Positions 59,127-64,000 of a DNA stretch of 64,000 nucleotides are shown here, in pieces. Location of the stretch: IMG/VR virus record IMGVR_UViG_3300020365_000010, positions 12,167 to 76,166 of that record. One strand, given 5' to 3'. Made by a program: the position numbers and the translations under genes. The notes beneath the pieces are model-generated. The model was not told the origin of the DNA, did no database searches, and saw only the letters and a program-made list of their open reading frames with translations. The stretch is from a virus. Taxonomy: Duplodnaviria; Caudoviricetes. Positions within the stretch are counted from its first letter, which is position 1. Each line of letters starts with the position of its first letter.

Positions 59127-60938
59127 ATGCCTGCCGTCTCGAAAAAACAGCAGCGTTTCTTCGGGATGGTCCGAGCTGCTCAAAAAGGTGAGGGAGCGTC
59201 ATCGCCTGAGGTTGCCAAAGTTGCTGCCAGCATAAAGAAAAAAGACGCTAAAGATTTTGCATCCACCAAACATAAAGGTTTACCTGAGAAGAAAATGAAG
59301 TCATTCAAAGAAGCAACTTACCCCCAGGATTTCAAGGGTGGTCCTGTCGCTAAGAAAAAGACAGGCAAGCCTAATGCTCAGGGTGACTATGGTAAGAAGG
59401 ACATCAATGAAGAGGATGCAGATCGTCTGAAAGATCGCCGTATGGAGCGTGGTGGTGTTGGTGGTAACCAACGCTATGATCGTGCCCCTAAAGCACCTAA
59501 TACCAAGAAGTTTGGCACTGGGAAGACTGCTCTGCAGAAAGACATGGAGAAAAAGCATGGCAAGGGTAAGTCTGCCATGGACATCGTAAGAGCAGAGATC
59601 GAAGCAAAGCACGGCAAGGGTGCTCTCATGAAAACTAAAAAAGAGGAGACTGAAATGCAAGAAGGTAAGAAAGGTCTCTGGGACAACATTCATGCCAAGC
59701 GTAAGCGTGGTGAGAAACCTGCTAAGCCTGGTGACAAGGACTATCCTAAGACCCTGAATGTTGAGGGCACTGCTCCTGGCGACGTGGATCAAAAGATCAA
59801 GACTGACCGTGACGGTTATCGTGTCCCTGAGCGTGACGCTGCTGCTGCACGTCAGAGACTGCTTGCTAAGGCAAAGGCAAAGCGTGCTGAGAGAATGAAA
59901 GAGTCAATGTGGAATGGCGTTGACATCTTTGAAGAGTTGTCCGACTGGGAGATTGAATTGATCTCCGAAGAAATGATTGAGGACATCATCCTCGATGTAT
60001 TCACCGAAGAGTTGACTGAAGGTAGAGAGATCGATGAGATCACAGATATGCTCTGTGAGTCTGTTGACTACTCCCTGAGTTTCCTGACTGAAGCATCAGA
60101 CTCCTACTATGATTCTGCAGTCAAGGCATCTAAGGAAGCATCTAAGAAACCCGAAGTCAAGGCAGCAAACCGCAGAGCAAAACTTGAGAAGATCAAGTCA
60201 ACTGCTAAGAAAGTCGGTGGTGCTCTGAAGTCTGGTCTCAAGAAAGCAGGTAGCATGGCACGCAAGGGTGCTGTGAAGGGTGCTGAGGTTGCTGGTAAGG
60301 CAGCAGGGCACGCTAAGAATCTTGCTAAGGATATGGGTAGTGCTGCTAAGAAGGGTTATGACTCCACTCAGAAGTCATCCTCTTCCTCCTCTAGTGACTC
60401 TTCCTCATCCTCCTCATCGTCTTCATCCTCGTCTTCGGATTCTTCCTCTTCTAGCAGCAGTGATTCAGGTCCTAAGAAGCCTGGTCTGCTCAGCAGAATC
60501 GGTAGCAAACTGAAGCGTGGTATTAAGAAGGCAGTTGGTGCTGGTGCAAGATCACTCTCCCGTGGTGCTCGTAACGTGGCACGCAAACTGGGTGAAGAGA
60601 CCCTGACTGAGCGTGGTGACTTCTGGCATCCCGATCCTGAGAAGGATAAGAAGTTGGGTGGTCCTGGTGCTAACCAGCGTGCTCGTGAAGATCGTGCTGC
60701 TGCATCCAAACCCAAGGAAGATCCTAAGAAACTGAAGAAGGGTGAGTCCTACATGGATTACTCCAAGCGTCAGAAGGCATCGAAGAAACCTAGATATTCT
60801 CCCGAGATTCAGAAGCGTTTGGATGCTGCTAAAGCAGCTAAAGCGAAGAAGAAAGAAGGTCTTGGTGCTAAGATCAAGCGTAAGTTGGGTCTTGGTGAAG
60901 AAACCACCATGTCATTCAAGCAGTTTATCGGAGAGTGA
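59127..60938 (+). CDS. basic low-complexity modular protein, candidate internal head protein, 603 aa
   Basis: Lys/Arg-rich modules separated by xxE(E) sites; Ser tract; MKSFKEA and MSFKQFIGE motifs. Confidence 0.65.
   Translation: MPAVSKKQQRFFGMVRAAQKGEGASSPEVAKVAASIKKKDAKDFASTKHKGLPEKKMKSFKEATYPQDFKGGPVAKKKTGKPNAQGDYGKKDINEEDADRLKDRRMERGGVGGNQRYDRAPKAPNTKKFGTGKTALQKDMEKKHGKGKSAMDIVRAEIEAKHGKGALMKTKKEETEMQEGKKGLWDNIHAKRKRGEKPAKPGDKDYPKTLNVEGTAPGDVDQKIKTDRDGYRVPERDAAAARQRLLAKAKAKRAERMKESMWNGVDIFEELSDWEIELISEEMIEDIILDVFTEELTEGREIDEITDMLCESVDYSLSFLTEASDSYYDSAVKASKEASKKPEVKAANRRAKLEKIKSTAKKVGGALKSGLKKAGSMARKGAVKGAEVAGKAAGHAKNLAKDMGSAAKKGYDSTQKSSSSSSSDSSSSSSSSSSSSSDSSSSSSSDSGPKKPGLLSRIGSKLKRGIKKAVGAGARSLSRGARNVARKLGEETLTERGDFWHPDPEKDKKLGGPGANQRAREDRAAASKPKEDPKKLKKGESYMDYSKRQKASKKPRYSPEIQKRLDAAKAAKAKKKEGLGAKIKRKLGLGEETTMSFKQFIGE
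60374..60467 (+). repeat. coding poly-Ser/Asp low-complexity tract
   Basis: SSSSSSSDSSSSSSSSSSSSSDSSSSSSSDS encoded by mixed TCN/AGY codons. Confidence 0.9.
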
Positions 60939-60939
60939 A

Positions 60940-61056
60940 ATGACTATTAAAACTTGTAAGTATTGTGGACTGACTTCTCCTAAGGGGCATCAACGCCCCG
61001 CTGCTTACATGGAGAAGCATGAAAAGAATTGCCCTAAGAATCCTGATAACCAATGA
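60940..61056 (+). CDS. 38-aa zinc-finger-like protein (CKYC...HEKNC)
   Basis: ATG 60940 within ORF-track ORF 60742..61056; C2HC ligand spacing. Confidence 0.65.
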   Translation: MTIKTCKYCGLTSPKGHQRPAAYMEKHEKNCPKNPDNQ

Positions 61057-61364
61057 AAACATATAAGGAATTCTTAGAAGGTTGTGGTTGCGACCACAAG
61101 AAGAAGAAAGAGAAAGTCAAGGAAGACTGGCAGAAGAAATCTGGCAAGAATCCTGAAGGCGGTCTTAACGAGAAGGGTCGTAAATCTTACGAGAGAGAAA
61201 ACCCTGGTAGCGATCTGAAAGCACCTAGTAAGAAAGTAGGTAATCCACGCCGTGCTTCCTTCTGTGCTCGTATGTCAGGAATGAAAAAGAAATTGACTAG
61301 CAAGAAAACTGCTAACGATCCTGACTCACGCATCAATAAGTCACTCAGAGCCTGGAATTGTTAA
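61053..61364 (+). CDS. basic hypothetical protein with T4 capsid-targeting-like N-terminus
   Basis: MKTYKEFLE start; GGLNEKGRKSY...RRASFCARM...RINKSLRAWNC. Confidence 0.8.
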   Translation: MKTYKEFLEGCGCDHKKKKEKVKEDWQKKSGKNPEGGLNEKGRKSYERENPGSDLKAPSKKVGNPRRASFCARMSGMKKKLTSKKTANDPDSRINKSLRAWNC

Positions 61365-61417
61365 TTTAATAATTCCTTCTAATGTCTTAGATGAGTCTTA
61401 AGAATGTTTCATTTTGG

Positions 61418-61423
61418 TAAATA
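61418..61423 (+). promoter_or_regulatory. late promoter TAAATA
   Basis: AT-rich intergenic, upstream of 61446 gene with AGGAG RBS. Confidence 0.45.
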
Positions 61424-61445
61424 GTGGTATACTAGGAGTATCCGC

Positions 61446-61670
61446 ATGATACCAATGCTTGCATTCTATCTATGTGTCCTATTGTTACTCGCCTGCATAT
61501 GGTATGGCGGTTATGATGGGACCATGCGCCTTGTGGCATATGCAGATTTGCAACTGCGATACGCCTGGGTCCAAATGAGAATGTTTTTCATGCGTCAGCG
61601 TCTTAAAAGAGACCTGAAGAAAGCAGGGCTAGAGTATGAAAAACTATTCACGGAGTTAAAAGATGACTGA
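61446..61670 (+). CDS. hypothetical membrane protein, 74 aa
   Basis: Hydrophobic N-terminus; RBS. Confidence 0.75.
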   Translation: MIPMLAFYLCVLLLLACIWYGGYDGTMRLVAYADLQLRYAWVQMRMFFMRQRLKRDLKKAGLEYEKLFTELKDD

Positions 61671-61962
61671 CCGACCCGAGTCAAATGGACCATCTGAAGA
61701 GAGTAGAGAATTTTCAGATCTGTCTATGACTAGAGTTGAGTGTCCTAAATGTGGTGCTACCTGGATCAATGGTCAGCACTATTGGTCAGGCACAGGTAAG
61801 GCAGGTAATGAATTAGACCTAGCAGGTCTGGTATGCAATACCCTGGGAGACTTCCAATGCATCAATCCCATGAAAGGAAAGGAGGGTGGTGACACCTGGG
61901 CGAAGCGTTTGGAAGACCTTGACAAGATGGACGAAGAGTCATCAAACGCTGATAATACTTAG
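61663..61962 (+). CDS. hypothetical protein with CxxC motif, 99 aa
   Basis: ECPKCGATW...VCN...QCINP. Confidence 0.75.
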   Translation: MTDRPESNGPSEESREFSDLSMTRVECPKCGATWINGQHYWSGTGKAGNELDLAGLVCNTLGDFQCINPMKGKEGGDTWAKRLEDLDKMDEESSNADNT

Positions 61963-61983
61963 TAACATTGTAACCCCAGTAAC

Positions 61984-61989
61984 TAAATA
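61984..61989 (+). promoter_or_regulatory. late-type promoter TAAATA upstream of petE
   Basis: 22 nt before petE ATG. Confidence 0.5.
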
Positions 61990-62011
61990 AGCCAATAGCA
62001 GATAAACTTTT

Positions 62012-62335
62012 ATGAAGTTTTTATTCGCGTTTCTGGCTACATTGTTTCTGGCAGCGCCCGCTTGGGCAGTCGATGTTATGATGGGTGCCGATGGTAACCT
62101 AGTCTTTGATCCTGCAGAAATCACAATCTCCGCAGGAGATTCGGTCCACTTTATTAACAACATGCTCCCACCTCACAATGTGATCGTGGAAGATCATCCA
62201 GAATTAGGTCATGAAGCTCTGGCAATGTTGCCAGGTGAAGACTTTGAAGTTGCATTCCCTGAAGCAGGTGACTACACTTACTGGTGTGGTCCTCACAAGG
62301 GGGCTGGAATGATCGGCACTGTGCATGTAGAATAA
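62012..62335 (+). CDS. petE: plastocyanin with signal peptide
   Basis: AWA signal cleavage; PPHN and YWCGPHKGAGM type-1 Cu ligands. Confidence 0.96.
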   Translation: MKFLFAFLATLFLAAPAWAVDVMMGADGNLVFDPAEITISAGDSVHFINNMLPPHNVIVEDHPELGHEALAMLPGEDFEVAFPEAGDYTYWCGPHKGAGMIGTVHVE

Positions 62336-62838
62336 TGAAAAAATTCAATGAGGTTACACTGAATATCACTGTAGCAATCATTGACTTCCTTTATTTTGGA
62401 AGAGACTTTCAACGTTTCTGGGTGCTTGAGGAAATAGCTCGGGCACCCTATTTTGCGTTTTTGAGCGTCTTACATTTCAGGGAGTCTTTAGGATTGCGAG
62501 GTCCAGAGCATCTATACTTGATGAAGGAACACTTTGCTCAGAGTCTCAATGAAACAGAACATCTTGAGTATATGGAAAGTAGGGGCGGTAGTGCTTATTG
62601 GTTGGATCGCGCTTTCGCCAGATTCCTCGTACTTGTCTATTATTGGGTCAATGTGGTTTATTACTGGTTGGCTCCTGTGTCTGCATACCATCTGTCATAC
62701 GAAGTAGAGATACATGCAGCAGAAACATATGCCAAATACTTGGCACTCAACGGTCCCGATGCTAAAATCCTTGAGATCTTGAATGACGAATTAGAGCACA
62801 GTCGGGAATTACAAAAAGCAATGGAGATGATTAAATGA
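62335..62838 (+). CDS. ptox: plastoquinol terminal oxidase (PTOX)
   Basis: Di-iron motifs LEEIARAPY, NETEHL, EVEIHAAETY, DELEHS; start set at ATG 62335 (TAATG). Confidence 0.94.
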   Translation: MKKFNEVTLNITVAIIDFLYFGRDFQRFWVLEEIARAPYFAFLSVLHFRESLGLRGPEHLYLMKEHFAQSLNETEHLEYMESRGGSAYWLDRAFARFLVLVYYWVNVVYYWLAPVSAYHLSYEVEIHAAETYAKYLALNGPDAKILEILNDELEHSRELQKAMEMIK

Positions 62839-63908
62839 AAGTTGGAATGATCGGACTCGGACGGATGGGCGAGGGAATGTCTCGTCGCATGATGCGTAAT
62901 GGGCATGAAGTCTGGGGATATCGTCGCAACCTTAAGAAAGCAGAAGAAGCATACGAGAAAGGATATGTCAGTGGCATCACTTATGGCATTGAGCAACTCG
63001 TAGAGGTATGCCATAGAGGTCAAAGCATCTATGGTGAAAAATCTGGAGAGACTGTCTATACTGAGCAACCAGGCGTCTTCATGATGGTGGTGCCAGCAGA
63101 AACCGTGGAGGATACACTCAATGAGCTACTACGACATTGTAGTGAAGGAGATATTATTATTGATCATGGCAATAGCAATTTTAAGGACAGTCGGAAAAGA
63201 GCCGAGCGTTGTGCAAAACTGGGCATCGCGTATCTTGACTGTGGTACTAGTGGTGGTGTGTATGGTTTGGAGCGTGGATTCTGCCTCATGGTTGGTGGCG
63301 GAAGCACGGCAGTCGATGTATGCCGCCCTCTCTTCGATGCACTCGCGCCAGGAATTGGTGCTGCCCCCAGGACAGGTAACACCGACACAAACTTCACATG
63401 GTATCCAGAAGAGTATGGATGGATGCACTGTGGAGATGCAGGAGCTGGTCACTTCGTGAAGATGGTCCACAACGGCATTGAGTATGGAATCATGCAAGCA
63501 TATGCCGAAGGATTCAACATTCTGAATGAGGCGAATGCAGGAGCACAGTATGTCAAGGAAGGAGACGCAGAGGTCGCCCCAATGGACAACCCTGCCGATT
63601 ATCAATACGATATTGACGTTGCTAAGGTGGCTGAGCTTTGGCGTCGTGGTAGCGTGGTTGGTAGTTGGTTGCTCGATCTTACCGCTACTGTATTACGCAG
63701 CGATAGAGAGCTTAGCAAATTCGATGGGGGAGTATCAGACTCTGGTGAGGGTCGTTGGACTGTCCACGCTGGTGTGGATCTTGGCGTACCCACTCCTGTC
63801 ATCTCTAGTGCTCTGTGGGCACGTTTTGAGTCGCGCCGTCTTGGTGCTTTCACGGCCAAGGTTTTGAATGGAATGCGTGCTATGTTTGGTGGTCATGACG
63901 TTCGCTGA
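62835..63908 (+). CDS. gnd: 6-phosphogluconate dehydrogenase (short type)
   Basis: GMIGLGRMG, IIDHGNS, DCGTSGG, AGHFVKMVHNGIEY, DSGEGRW. Confidence 0.96.
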   Translation: MKVGMIGLGRMGEGMSRRMMRNGHEVWGYRRNLKKAEEAYEKGYVSGITYGIEQLVEVCHRGQSIYGEKSGETVYTEQPGVFMMVVPAETVEDTLNELLRHCSEGDIIIDHGNSNFKDSRKRAERCAKLGIAYLDCGTSGGVYGLERGFCLMVGGGSTAVDVCRPLFDALAPGIGAAPRTGNTDTNFTWYPEEYGWMHCGDAGAGHFVKMVHNGIEYGIMQAYAEGFNILNEANAGAQYVKEGDAEVAPMDNPADYQYDIDVAKVAELWRRGSVVGSWLLDLTATVLRSDRELSKFDGGVSDSGEGRWTVHAGVDLGVPTPVISSALWARFESRRLGAFTAKVLNGMRAMFGGHDVR

Positions 63909-64000
63909 TGTCCTGGTTTGGGGAGCAATACCCTTTGTATTATCCACGATATATTTCGGGTTACGAAAAGGTGAAAATAACTACTACGAATCAGACGACT
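63895..64000 (+). CDS. small membrane protein, 3'-truncated (MTFADVLVWGAIPFVLSTIYFGLRKGENNYYESDD)
   Basis: Manual translation; overlaps gnd end; hydrophobic N-terminus. Confidence 0.6.
   Translation, partial: MTFADVLVWGAIPFVLSTIYFGLRKGENNYYESDD

Noticed and set aside
62284-62334. N-terminal extension of PTOX in the ORF track
   Set aside because: Overlaps petE; TAATG junction gives ATG 62335
1-64000. tRNA, rRNA, introns or integrase
   Set aside because: None recognised; intergenic gaps are too short and no large gene is interrupted

Overview
A 64-kb segment of a T4-like marine cyanomyovirus genome (Kyanoviridae-like; host probably Synechococcus, by inference). Every credible gene is on the + strand. 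The first ~5.5 kb is an accessory/early region: SF2 helicase, putative 2OG-Fe(II) oxygenase, small acidic ORFs, sigma70 promoters, a DnaA-box-like/AT-rich origin candidate, HNH endonuclease and NlpC/P60 protein. The virion module follows: 1247-aa structural protein, PAAR-like spike, gp25, gp6, a giant 6845-aa gp7, YHYH protein, gp9/10-like protein with a cupredoxin tip, gp8, VrlC/DUF4815-like protein, 2322-aa fibre, gp13, gp14, gp15, gp16. After gp16 is a variable island with candidate internal head proteins and the auxiliary metabolic genes petE, PTOX and gnd. The standout observation: the C-terminal extension of gp7 (about 25.6-31.3 kb) holds about seven helical repeats that align by eye, almost without gaps, to phycobiliprotein subunits, keeping the Cys84-x-Arg-Asp bilin-attachment motif and the beta-Cys155 helix, in an apparently nested topology. 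This suggests, as an untested hypothesis, a bilin-chromophorylated virion. No database searches were run; family assignments come from motif recognition and reference sequences are quoted from memory.
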